Below, in pieces: positions 8,176 to 16,616 of a stretch of 64,000 nucleotides of DNA. Numbering within the stretch: position 1 is the first letter of the stretch; each line of letters begins with the position of its first letter. The DNA is from a virus (lineage: Duplodnaviria; Heunggongvirae; Uroviricota; Caudoviricetes), in IMG/VR virus record IMGVR_UViG_3300045921_000484, positions 25,258 through 89,257 of that record. One strand, written 5' to 3'. The notes beneath the pieces were generated by a model. The model saw only the letters and a list, made by a program, of their open reading frames with translations, ran no database searches and was not told the DNA's origin. The translations under genes were made by a program, and so were the position numbers.

Positions 8176-9139
8176 TTTTTAATTGTTTTGTTTTTAATAT
8201 AAAGTTTACCATTTTTAAGACAACCAACTCCTTATTATTTCTATATTCCTTCTCACTTATATGTATTACTTTATAACCAGATTGTAATATATTTTGGTCT
8301 CTTTTTCTCTCTCTTTCTCTATTCTCTGGATTATCTCTATGATAATATGTCCCATCAAATTCTAAAATTAATTTCAAATCAGGTATAAAAAAATCAGGAA
8401 GTATATATGAATTATTTAACTTTAACCTAAACTCATAATTTCTATTTGTATCATGTATTTGGTTATTATCATCTAACCTAGCAAAATAAACTTTATTATC
8501 AAAACCTAATTTAACCAACTCATTATATATTGATATAAACATCTCTTGACTTATAACACTATAATTAACTTTTTTATAATTACTAAGCCATTTCTCTTGT
8601 CTATCTAACCATCTACTATAACCAATTTCTTTACCAAGTCTATCAATACACTTATCTAACGTAAATGTTCTTTGTCTCTCTTTCAATAGATTTTTAGATT
8701 CTTCAACTGAATATCCCTTATTGATATAATATTCCAATGTAGTAGGGTGTAATCTCTCTTTAATAGCTTCTTTAGCGAATTCACTTATATACTCTTCAAC
8801 ATTATATATATCCTTATACTTTATAAATTCTTTTGAAAATGGACTTCTTGATTTCCTCTCTAACTCAGTTGTTTTAGATTTATGATTAGGATTTTTTTCA
8901 CCCTTTACTTTCTCAGAAAACATTTTTTTATATTTTTCTTGTTTCATATGTTTTCCAGAGTTTTTAGTAGTATTTTTAATATCAGATAGAGCCATTATAG
9001 GAGCACCGGGAAATAATTTCTTATAATCCTCAGTGGTCATATTATTATGATTATATTTTAAGTGTTTACCATATATTCTCTTACATTGTTCGCCACATAT
9101 TCTACATGTAACAGTTTCTATATTATCATCTATTTTCAT
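8168..9139 (-). mobile_element. Free-standing Vsr/DUF559-like homing endonuclease gene between the two terL halves
   Basis: N-terminal CRIC...KHLKYNH Zn finger; C-terminal LPDFFIPDLKLILEFDGTYYH...ERKRD...GYKVIHISE; overlaps the terL-C start by 8 nt. Confidence 0.8.
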
Positions 9140-9173
9140 AAAAAATTAATTTTTTATTTATGTATTAAAAAAA

Positions 9174-9362
9174 TCATGGCTTCCTATCAAGTTGGTAAGC
9201 GTTTTCTAACCTATATAGATAATCATATAATTTAATCTTTAACTTTTCTAAAAAATTTAACTTTCTTTCTTTAGAAATCATTAAATAATAAAGCTTTCCA
9301 AATCTAATATCATATTTTATCCCATCTCGCTCTATTGAAATTATAGTATTAAAAGAAAAACA
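9174..9362 (-). other. Split intein N-fragment (62 aa, starts at Cys118)
   Basis: C-F-x-x-x-T-I-I...I-x-F-G-K-L-Y resembles short IntN fragments of atypically split TerL inteins. Confidence 0.85.
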
Positions 9363-9713
9363 TTTACCAACCTGCCTACTAGCCATTAGAATATTAAATC
9401 TATTATTTATGAAGTTATCTAATATCTCTTTTTGATAATCTCTTAATTTTATATTATTAATAGTCCCATCTTCTGTCTTTACTTTACAGTATTTTTCCGT
9501 GAAGTAGTGAACATCGAGAGCACATTTAATATATTCTTGTTGTTCTTCTTCTGTCATCTTAAATGACACACCAGATCTTCTTAGGCCAATTTCACTTTTC
9601 AGCCATGGATTTTGATATCTCTTTAAGACGATACCATCATTTATTTTATCTGTTGCTTCATCAACTAATCTTGTTGTGAACACCATTTGTCTCTCTTGTT
9701 GTTTAACTGACAT
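9174..9713 (-). CDS. terL: Terminase large subunit, N-terminal gene (117-aa N-extein + split-intein N part)
   Basis: IKLRDYQKE (adenine-binding motif), Walker A MASRQVGK followed directly by CFSFNTII (intein block A). Confidence 0.92.
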   Translation of the reverse strand: MSVKQQERQMVFTTRLVDEATDKINDGIVLKRYQNPWLKSEIGLRRSGVSFKMTEEEQQEYIKCALDVHYFTEKYCKVKTEDGTINNIKLRDYQKEILDNFINNRFNILMASRQVGKCFSFNTIISIERDGIKYDIRFGKLYYLMISKERKLNFLEKLKIKLYDYLYRLENAYQLDRKP

Positions 9714-9761
9714 AAAGGAAAATTATTTTTTTTAATATATATTGTAAAAAACCGCCTTTCT

Positions 9762-10394
9762 ATGTCGAAAACAGAAAATGAAAGAAATAGATTACAAGAT
9801 GAGTTTGACCAAATTCAGTCAGAAAGTGGTGAATTTGATATATCTAAACACTTAGCTAAACCAGAAGATCTACCGGATTTAGGTGAAATAAAGATATATG
9901 ACTATGACTCCGATATGACTGTTGCTAGTCAACAGTCAATGGAGGTGCTTGAATCTTTAGTTGATTTATATTTGAGTGACGTTCCTCAATTAAAGCAACA
10001 TCCATATATTAGGAATAAAATGAAGGAAGATGCTATGGTTTATGCTGAATCCATTTTTTTATCCAAAATGACTAGAAAAAATTTCTTATCGCAACTAAGA
10101 CAAATTGATAATGGAGATAATTCAGCTAGGATGCATGAAGTTGTCAATCAAACTATTGCTCAAATAAGAGAGAATGCTAAGTTTTCTTCCACACAAAGAA
10201 CAGAATTGGAAAAGTTCTATAAGAATCTAAGAAAAGATTTAGGTCTTAATGATATCGAAAGTCCTGAAGTGAGGAAGGCAACACAAGAAGCATCTTCTGA
10301 TTCACAAGAGGACGAAGGTATTGGTTCTATAATAGATAATCGTAAACTAAATGATATGATTAAAGCTGCAATGAATAAGGATAAGAAGGATTAA
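9762..10394 (+). CDS. Hypothetical helical protein, candidate terminase small subunit
   Basis: 210-aa helical ORF divergent from terL-N, sharing the palindromic AATATATATT element at 9734-9743; function inferred from position only. Confidence 0.6.
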   Translation: MSKTENERNRLQDEFDQIQSESGEFDISKHLAKPEDLPDLGEIKIYDYDSDMTVASQQSMEVLESLVDLYLSDVPQLKQHPYIRNKMKEDAMVYAESIFLSKMTRKNFLSQLRQIDNGDNSARMHEVVNQTIAQIRENAKFSSTQRTELEKFYKNLRKDLGLNDIESPEVRKATQEASSDSQEDEGIGSIIDNRKLNDMIKAAMNKDKKD

Positions 10395-11239
10395 CCTTTC
10401 CAGTTAAAATTTTCAAATGCTTTTATCAGGTTACTCCATTCTATGTTAATTTTTGAGGTTTTAAATCTATTTATTTTATTAGGACTTACTAAGTTAACAT
10501 ATAGTATGTTATCGTTATTTTTTAGAGTTTCTTTCACTTTTAACTTTATAGATGATTCTGAATTTGATATCAATACTTGTAATATAGAGTTTGAGTTTAT
10601 TGCAAGATTAGTTGATGATGGATCATCATCATAATAATATATCTCATCATATTTTAATATTTCATTATTTGTAAACTTGTTACCATCTGTTTTTAATCCT
10701 ATTAGATGTTGTAGTAGTAGTCTAACTTTATCATGTGATATTTTATCTTCATTTCTATTATAGAATGTCTCTGATATAAAATAATAATTTTTTACAACAA
10801 GACCTTCACTCTTGAATTTATCTTCCATTTTTTTAATCATTAACTCATAATTCTTTTTATTATTTTTAGAGCAAATGATGTATATGTGATCATCCGTATT
10901 TTTAACGTGTTGTATGTTATCTGTGTTTATTTTGTACTCTATATTTTCAATCAATTCTTTATTCATGAATTCTTGCATAGAGAATCCTAAGTTAGATATA
11001 TCAGATTTGTAATTTTTACATTTAATCTTCAATACATCCATCATTTCTTTTGGTAGATAATATGATTTACCACTAAATTCTATTTTTGAATTTTGACTTT
11101 TGTATATTCCACTCTTTATCAGATTGAAGTCTGATTGTGACACTTTCATGATTGGAATGTTAGGTCTTTTTTTATCAACTATCCAAACCTTATTATCAAT
11201 AATCAATATTGTGTCTATATCAAAGAAATGGGCTTTCAT
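10391..11239 (-). CDS. Degenerate HAD-fold protein
   Basis: N-terminal AHFFDIDT and late IYYYDDD resemble HAD motifs I and IV. Confidence 0.5.
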   Translation of the reverse strand: MKAHFFDIDTILIIDNKVWIVDKKRPNIPIMKVSQSDFNLIKSGIYKSQNSKIEFSGKSYYLPKEMMDVLKIKCKNYKSDISNLGFSMQEFMNKELIENIEYKINTDNIQHVKNTDDHIYIICSKNNKKNYELMIKKMEDKFKSEGLVVKNYYFISETFYNRNEDKISHDKVRLLLQHLIGLKTDGNKFTNNEILKYDEIYYYDDDPSSTNLAINSNSILQVLISNSESSIKLKVKETLKNNDNILYVNLVSPNKINRFKTSKINIEWSNLIKAFENFNWKG

Positions 11240-11505
11240 TAGAAATACTTATTAATTTTATATATTATTTGATTTGGTTGATCATTGAATCTACCACCTT
11301 CATAATCTTTATCTTTCCAAGTGACCCCACCACTTAATTCATTACAAAAGCTTTCGCATTTATTGCACTCTTTTGGTTCCATTTTAATACCATCTATTAT
11401 AATCATATCATTCTCTGTATAAATGAATGTTGCTTTACACCATGGATTTCTACAAACTGATCTTAATTCTTCCATAATGTATATATATAAAAGAAAACCC
11501 GTCAT
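11239..11505 (-). CDS. Small Zn-ribbon protein (start probably at MEELRSV)
   Basis: CRNPWC...CNKC pairs. Confidence 0.6.
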   Translation of the reverse strand: MTGFLLYIYIMEELRSVCRNPWCKATFIYTENDMIIIDGIKMEPKECNKCESFCNELSGGVTWKDKDYEGGRFNDQPNQIIYKINKYF

Positions 11506-11521
11506 TTTTTTTGACGGGTTT
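11495..11521. terminator. Intrinsic terminator-like hairpin
   Basis: AAACCCGTCA-T7-TGACGGGTTT just downstream of 11526..11981 (-). Confidence 0.7.
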
Positions 11522-11525
11522 ATCT

Positions 11526-11981
11526 TTACTTTATCATATTTTTACTTAATGCGAAATCATATAATATTGGTAAATTTAAATGTTTCACGAAGTTATCTCT
11601 TATATCTTTTAATTTTTTTGACCTTTTTACTATATTAACTATTAAAAATCCAAATTCTTCTTGAAAATCTAAGTAATAGTCACACCAAGGTTTATTATAA
11701 TGATCTAGAGTTCTCCATTCTGAATAACCACCAGTTAGCCAAAACAGTGATTTCTCCGGTGTTATTTCTTCATATACTATATCTTTTAATTCGACTTCCC
11801 ACACAGGACTGTCCCATTCTACTTTTCTCATTAGTATCGTTACTGCCTCTGCTACATCTGTCGTTAATTCTTTTCCAATTTCAAAATAGTATTCATTTCC
11901 TTCTTTATTAATTCTAATGATGTTATCGTCATATACACCATTTGCTCTTCTTGTCTCTAGAGCAACTCTTCTTTTTTTCAT
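11526..11981 (-). CDS. Hypothetical protein
   Basis: 151-aa ORF in a co-oriented operon. Confidence 0.7.
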   Translation of the reverse strand: MKKRRVALETRRANGVYDDNIIRINKEGNEYYFEIGKELTTDVAEAVTILMRKVEWDSPVWEVELKDIVYEEITPEKSLFWLTGGYSEWRTLDHYNKPWCDYYLDFQEEFGFLIVNIVKRSKKLKDIRDNFVKHLNLPILYDFALSKNMIK

Positions 11982-11989
11982 AGTGATTT

Positions 11990-12292
11990 TTAATTTTTTA
12001 TATCTTTAACAAGATTAATGCCGCTATGCCATTTACCGCTAAAATTGCCGTTTTCAAATATCCCATTTTCCCAATTGCCATAAAATTCTCCATTTTTAAA
12101 AATACCGTAATGCCAATCACCCGAATAGAATGATCCATTATGCCATATTAATGTGTTTTTCTTGATTTCTAATTTAGCTCCTTCTATCTCAGAATCTATT
12201 AGCCAGAATAGACCATTTTCTTGAAGTATTTTGTTTATTTGATGTTCACTTTTGTATGTTTTACCATCAACTAACAATTCTAAATATCTCAT
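11990..12292 (-). CDS. Short protein with Gly/aromatic pentapeptide repeats (probable beta-solenoid)
   Basis: WHNGSFYSGDWHYGIFKNGEFYGNWENGIFENGNFSGKWHSG. Confidence 0.65.
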   Translation of the reverse strand: MRYLELLVDGKTYKSEHQINKILQENGLFWLIDSEIEGAKLEIKKNTLIWHNGSFYSGDWHYGIFKNGEFYGNWENGIFENGNFSGKWHSGINLVKDIKN

Positions 12293-12405
12293 AACCGAAG
12301 TTAAATTTATACATTATATATTTGATTTTCATCTCTGGAAATTCACCACCATTGTTTTTTGAAGAAAAATGAATATATTATTGAAAAAAAATTATTTAAA
12401 AAAAT

Positions 12406-12429
12406 AAAACCGAGATTTCTCTCGGTTTT
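12406..12429. terminator. Intrinsic terminator
   Basis: AAAACCGAGA-TTTC-TCTCGGTTTT downstream of the 12459 gene. Confidence 0.8.
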
Positions 12430-12458
12430 TTTAAGGTTTGTGAAAAAAGTCATTTTTT

Positions 12459-12809
12459 TTAATTTGAATTTTCATCAAGAAATTTCTTTTCAGTCACACT
12501 CAAAGATTCAATTCCATATAAGTTAATCTTATCAAGAATTGTATCGATAGTCATTTCCTTAGGAGCTTTTTTCTTAGCTTCAAATGGTTTGATAGCTTTA
12601 AGCATTTCATCTAAACAAGATGTGTAACCTATTGTGGGATCTATCTTTTGTGTATATGCTATTCCTTGACCATTTAATATGTAAATTTTAGCAAAACCTC
12701 TCTCTTTGTTGGTAATTAACATTTTTGAATCAATATTCAATTCTTTTGCAATTTGAATAAGTTTTTCATTGTTGTACATTGTAACGTCTATACAGATAAT
12801 GTTTTTCAT
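12459..12809 (-). CDS. Paralog A with DUF6576-like C-terminus
   Basis: MKNIICIDVTMYNNEKL...MTIDTILDKINLYGIESLSVTEKKFL; TATATTTG upstream. Confidence 0.7.
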   Translation of the reverse strand: MKNIICIDVTMYNNEKLIQIAKELNIDSKMLITNKERGFAKIYILNGQGIAYTQKIDPTIGYTSCLDEMLKAIKPFEAKKKAPKEMTIDTILDKINLYGIESLSVTEKKFLDENSN

Positions 12810-12867
12810 TGTGTATTGAATTAATTTATAATACAAATATAAGTATATTTTATTAATTTACCTAATT

Positions 12868-13212
12868 TTAAGAATTTTTTTCTAAAAAATCTATTTCAGT
12901 TTTTGTAAGTGTTTCAATTCCATATTTATTTATCTTATCAAGTATTGAATCGACTGTCATTACAGAAGGTTCTTCTATTGTAAATGGTACTATTTTTGAT
13001 ATTTCTTCATCTAAAGATGGTGTATATACTATTGTTTCTTTGTTCTTTTTTGTTGTGAATGCTAAAACTTTACCTTCATTGATATATAGTTTAGCGAAAC
13101 CTAATTTTTTATTTTCTAATAAAGTTTCTGATTTTATATTTAACTCATTGGCAATACTAACAAGTTTTTCATTATTATACATTGTTAGGTCTATACATAT
13201 AATATTTTCCAT
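12868..13212 (-). CDS. Paralog B with DUF6576-like C-terminus
   Basis: MENIICIDLTMYNNEKL...MTVDSILDKINKYGIETLTKTEIDFL; clearly homologous to the neighbour. Confidence 0.75.
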   Translation of the reverse strand: MENIICIDLTMYNNEKLVSIANELNIKSETLLENKKLGFAKLYINEGKVLAFTTKKNKETIVYTPSLDEEISKIVPFTIEEPSVMTVDSILDKINKYGIETLTKTEIDFLEKNS

Positions 13213-13225
13213 ATATAAATATAAT

Positions 13226-13288
13226 TAATTTAGATATATATCAATTTTTTACAAATATAATAATAATTTAGATATATATCAATTTTTT
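13226..13288. promoter_or_regulatory. Two 25-bp direct repeats each containing the palindrome GATATATATC, in a divergent intergenic region
   Basis: TAATTTAGATATATATCAATTTTTT at 13226-13250 and 13264-13288, flanking CAAATATA (TATATTTG on the minus strand). Confidence 0.6.
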
Positions 13289-13336
13289 TTAGGAATATTA
13301 TTTTTAATATATACTTTGTAAAAAATAAATACATAT

Positions 13337-15997
13337 ATGAGGTATCTTAAGCAAAGAGAACTTTTTCTTAAAGAGATAAATATTGGTGTCGTTAAATACA
13401 GTGAAGGTGATTTAAAGATAATTAATGAAGTCTTGAAAAATGATATTCCTTGGGGAGATTCTCTTTTAGGAAGGCTTATAAATTCTATTATACGAAAGGC
13501 TAAGATCGGTGTTAATCTAGTTAGAATGGATCATGTTAGTAAATCATTATACTCATTTTTTGATTCATTGATATCTGAAAATGCTATGTCAAATATTCAA
13601 GCATCTAGTAAGATAAAGCTTATTAGATTTGCTATGATAAGACTAATAGCTGAAGTTGAAAAGTTATCTGCTGCTAAGGTGGATATGATAATAAATGAAA
13701 ATCCAGAAATTCCTGAAAGTATTAAGGAATTAAAGGATATCACTGATAAAGTGATTAATAATAGTGGACCTGAGATAGATAGGATTATAAATGAGTCGAT
13801 AAAAAACTTATCTGATAAGGATGTTAAAGATTTACAGAAGGACAAGGAAGAGATGTTAGCTGCTTTGAAGGATTTTAGAGATTCTTTGAATAAGATAGAA
13901 CAAGATAATGTTGCTGATGAGGTAGATAAAAAATCAGATGTTGTATTATCTGATGATATTTTTCCAAAAATATTAGCCAATTTTAAAAGTTTATACCACA
14001 TACTATATCTATATCACGAATTAAAGATGAAGGCAGCTAAGGATGCTCCAAATAAACAAAACGTTGATATTAAAAACGTTAGTAAAGATGTAAGACATGG
14101 TCAAAGCTTTGAAAAAGGTACAAAGATAAATCAGAAAGAAAAAGATAAAAATTTAATAAGTACTGATAAGATTGAAGATTCATATATAATTGATGGTTTA
14201 TCAAAGTATCTTATGATAAATGAGCAACAATCATCCGAAGTACTTAAGCTAATAAAATCAATATACAACTATACTAAACAATATTTAAGTTTTGGATTTA
14301 AAGATAGTGATAAGAGAACAATTGGTGAAAAGTTAAAGCAAGCTTCTGCCGAATTTGAAACTGCTGCTAAGACGAACAAGGACGCTTTAATGAAGGTTTA
14401 CTCACATATAATTAGAAAATCAGTGGTTAATGAGGGTGTCACAGAGTTATTAACTAGACCTGAGGCTATAGGCGATAAAATATTAAAATTGTATAATGTT
14501 ACTAAATCAAATAAGGGTGTTAGTGGTTCTGATGTGATATATGCTGATATGAATAGATATATTCGTGAATTTAATACAACAATGGCTAGTATATTATCAA
14601 GTAAAAAACCTGAGATTAAGAAAGAAGAAGGTGATAGTAAAGATAAATTGAAAAAAGAATCTAAATTACATAGATATTATGAGTTTATAAACGAGAATGC
14701 CGAGCTGGATGTGCCGGATTGGTATGTGAAGGTTAATGAGTTTTGGAAATCTATCTTCCTTACTAATTTTGGTGAGAAAATGAAGAAATATAATCTTACA
14801 AATGAGCAAGTTGATAAACTTAATTTTGAATTAGATTCTATGTCTAAGGATGCTAAGTTTATAAAGATTTCAGGAATGGATCCAATCATGGAAGTAGTTA
14901 GGTTGTTTAACAGGGCTTATAGGCTACATACAGTTGCTACTATTCCGTCTGGTAGATCTGGTGGGAAGGTTTCTAATAGGACATTTAGAGAATATGATAA
15001 TATTGGTAAAGAAGGATATGGAACTCCTGATAATCCAGGATATGGACCTTATAGAAATAAAGTTTTATTTTCGAAATGGGAAAATGCTGTATTGGATATA
15101 TTAAGTAGTTCTAAATATAGAGTTATTTTTGATAAAGATACAACTATTAAGGTCGGTGATGCTGATCCCAAACCAGGATTTGGTCCTAAATTTAAATCAT
15201 TTATGAATGATATGTTGTATGGTGATAACCAACAATATGGGAAAAATCAACATAAATTTATTGAGAAATATTTTGAAATTGATGGTGTTAATCCCGAAGA
15301 AACTAGCTTCCCAGGTACTGATGATTCTGATTTTAATTCTAATATATCTAAAAATGTTAAACCAACAAAGCAGTTGGAATTTAAAGATGTTGATGATTTT
15401 GAGTTGGTAAATGGTAAAATTGTTAAGATATTATACAGAGATGATAATAATAATGAGAGAAACATATATGGTTATGTCTACTCAGATAAGCCGGATAAGT
15501 TTTATATGAAACTAGGTGATAATACTTTATTTTTCAGAAAGTATATGCCATCGACGCATAATATTAAAACTAAACTAAATATTCGATCTAATGATATATT
15601 CTTGGTTAAGTTAAAGGATGGTAAGTTAAATAAGGGTGTTGATTATACATTCAATAATTCTTTAAATATATCTAAATATACTAATGATAAGACTATTGAG
15701 AAGAAGAGTATAAATTTAAAACCAATTAAAATATCAGTGTTGAAGGATGGTGAGGATGATTATATTATTAAAAATCCAGTTGATTATTATTCTAAAAAGG
15801 ATTCAAAAAATAAGTGGATAGAAATCTATAATGGAATTATTGATACGAAAGATTCTGATATTGAATCTGATGCGTTGAAGGCTTTGTTGAAGTTGGGTAT
15901 TAAAGAAAAGGACGCCAAGGTTAAAATAGATAACGCTTTGAAGTCGGGTAAATATACCACCGCTGATGATCTTGTTAAGGCGGCTCTTAAAAAATAA
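13337..15997 (+). CDS. Large putative virion/internal protein with a C-terminal RuvA domain III-like module
   Basis: 886 aa; internal YxxINE motifs; ends DALKALLKLGIKEKDAKVKIDNALKSGKYTTADDLVKAALKK. Confidence 0.75.
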   Translation: MRYLKQRELFLKEINIGVVKYSEGDLKIINEVLKNDIPWGDSLLGRLINSIIRKAKIGVNLVRMDHVSKSLYSFFDSLISENAMSNIQASSKIKLIRFAMIRLIAEVEKLSAAKVDMIINENPEIPESIKELKDITDKVINNSGPEIDRIINESIKNLSDKDVKDLQKDKEEMLAALKDFRDSLNKIEQDNVADEVDKKSDVVLSDDIFPKILANFKSLYHILYLYHELKMKAAKDAPNKQNVDIKNVSKDVRHGQSFEKGTKINQKEKDKNLISTDKIEDSYIIDGLSKYLMINEQQSSEVLKLIKSIYNYTKQYLSFGFKDSDKRTIGEKLKQASAEFETAAKTNKDALMKVYSHIIRKSVVNEGVTELLTRPEAIGDKILKLYNVTKSNKGVSGSDVIYADMNRYIREFNTTMASILSSKKPEIKKEEGDSKDKLKKESKLHRYYEFINENAELDVPDWYVKVNEFWKSIFLTNFGEKMKKYNLTNEQVDKLNFELDSMSKDAKFIKISGMDPIMEVVRLFNRAYRLHTVATIPSGRSGGKVSNRTFREYDNIGKEGYGTPDNPGYGPYRNKVLFSKWENAVLDILSSSKYRVIFDKDTTIKVGDADPKPGFGPKFKSFMNDMLYGDNQQYGKNQHKFIEKYFEIDGVNPEETSFPGTDDSDFNSNISKNVKPTKQLEFKDVDDFELVNGKIVKILYRDDNNNERNIYGYVYSDKPDKFYMKLGDNTLFFRKYMPSTHNIKTKLNIRSNDIFLVKLKDGKLNKGVDYTFNNSLNISKYTNDKTIEKKSINLKPIKISVLKDGEDDYIIKNPVDYYSKKDSKNKWIEIYNGIIDTKDSDIESDALKALLKLGIKEKDAKVKIDNALKSGKYTTADDLVKAALKK

Positions 15998-16006
15998 AAA
16001 GTTTAG

Positions 16007-16555
16007 ATGAAATATCTTAAAGAATATAGGACTTTCGAGGAAGCTGAATTTGACATTTCTCCTAATGATACTTTAAATGTAAAGAAGTCTAAAGAACAAT
16101 TGAGTGTTGTTAGAGATTATATTAATGAGTATAATAGAGTTAAGTCTAAACTGGATCTTATCTATAAGAACTCTAAAACTGATGATGAGATATCAAAGAA
16201 GGTTGATGAATTGGTTGGTAAGGATAAAGAGAAGAGAAATCCTTTTCTTGTATCTTACTTAACTGTGTGTGAAGACGAAAGAAGACTTCAGAAGTTGATA
16301 GATAGTCTTTCTGAGGATGAGATGGCTAAAAGTAAGTTGAAGGATATGATTAATATGACTACTGATAGTAAGCAGAAGCAGAATATTAATATATCTATTA
16401 ATGAAATAAACAATCGTTCCGCAAGAACAAAAGCTGATATATCTAAGTTAAAATTGGATATTCAGAAAAGGAGAAAAGATATAGAATTAAAAATGAAGGA
16501 TGTTATGAAAGACATTCAAGATGATATAAAGAATATTGCCAAAGGTCAAAAATAG
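16007..16555 (+). CDS. Coiled-coil protein with CTS-like N-terminus
   Basis: MKYLKEYRTFEE; heptad-rich. Confidence 0.75.
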   Translation: MKYLKEYRTFEEAEFDISPNDTLNVKKSKEQLSVVRDYINEYNRVKSKLDLIYKNSKTDDEISKKVDELVGKDKEKRNPFLVSYLTVCEDERRLQKLIDSLSEDEMAKSKLKDMINMTTDSKQKQNINISINEINNRSARTKADISKLKLDIQKRRKDIELKMKDVMKDIQDDIKNIAKGQK

Positions 16556-16616
16556 AAAAAATATGGTTTTTTAGATTTTATATATAAGATATAAAACAAA
16601 AATTAAAAGAATAAAT

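Noticed and set aside
8168-9173. Group I intron splitting terL at the RNA level
   Set aside because: Both flanks carry proper intein termini, separate start and stop codons and extra helices; the only non-coding gap is 34 nt, too short for a ribozyme core.
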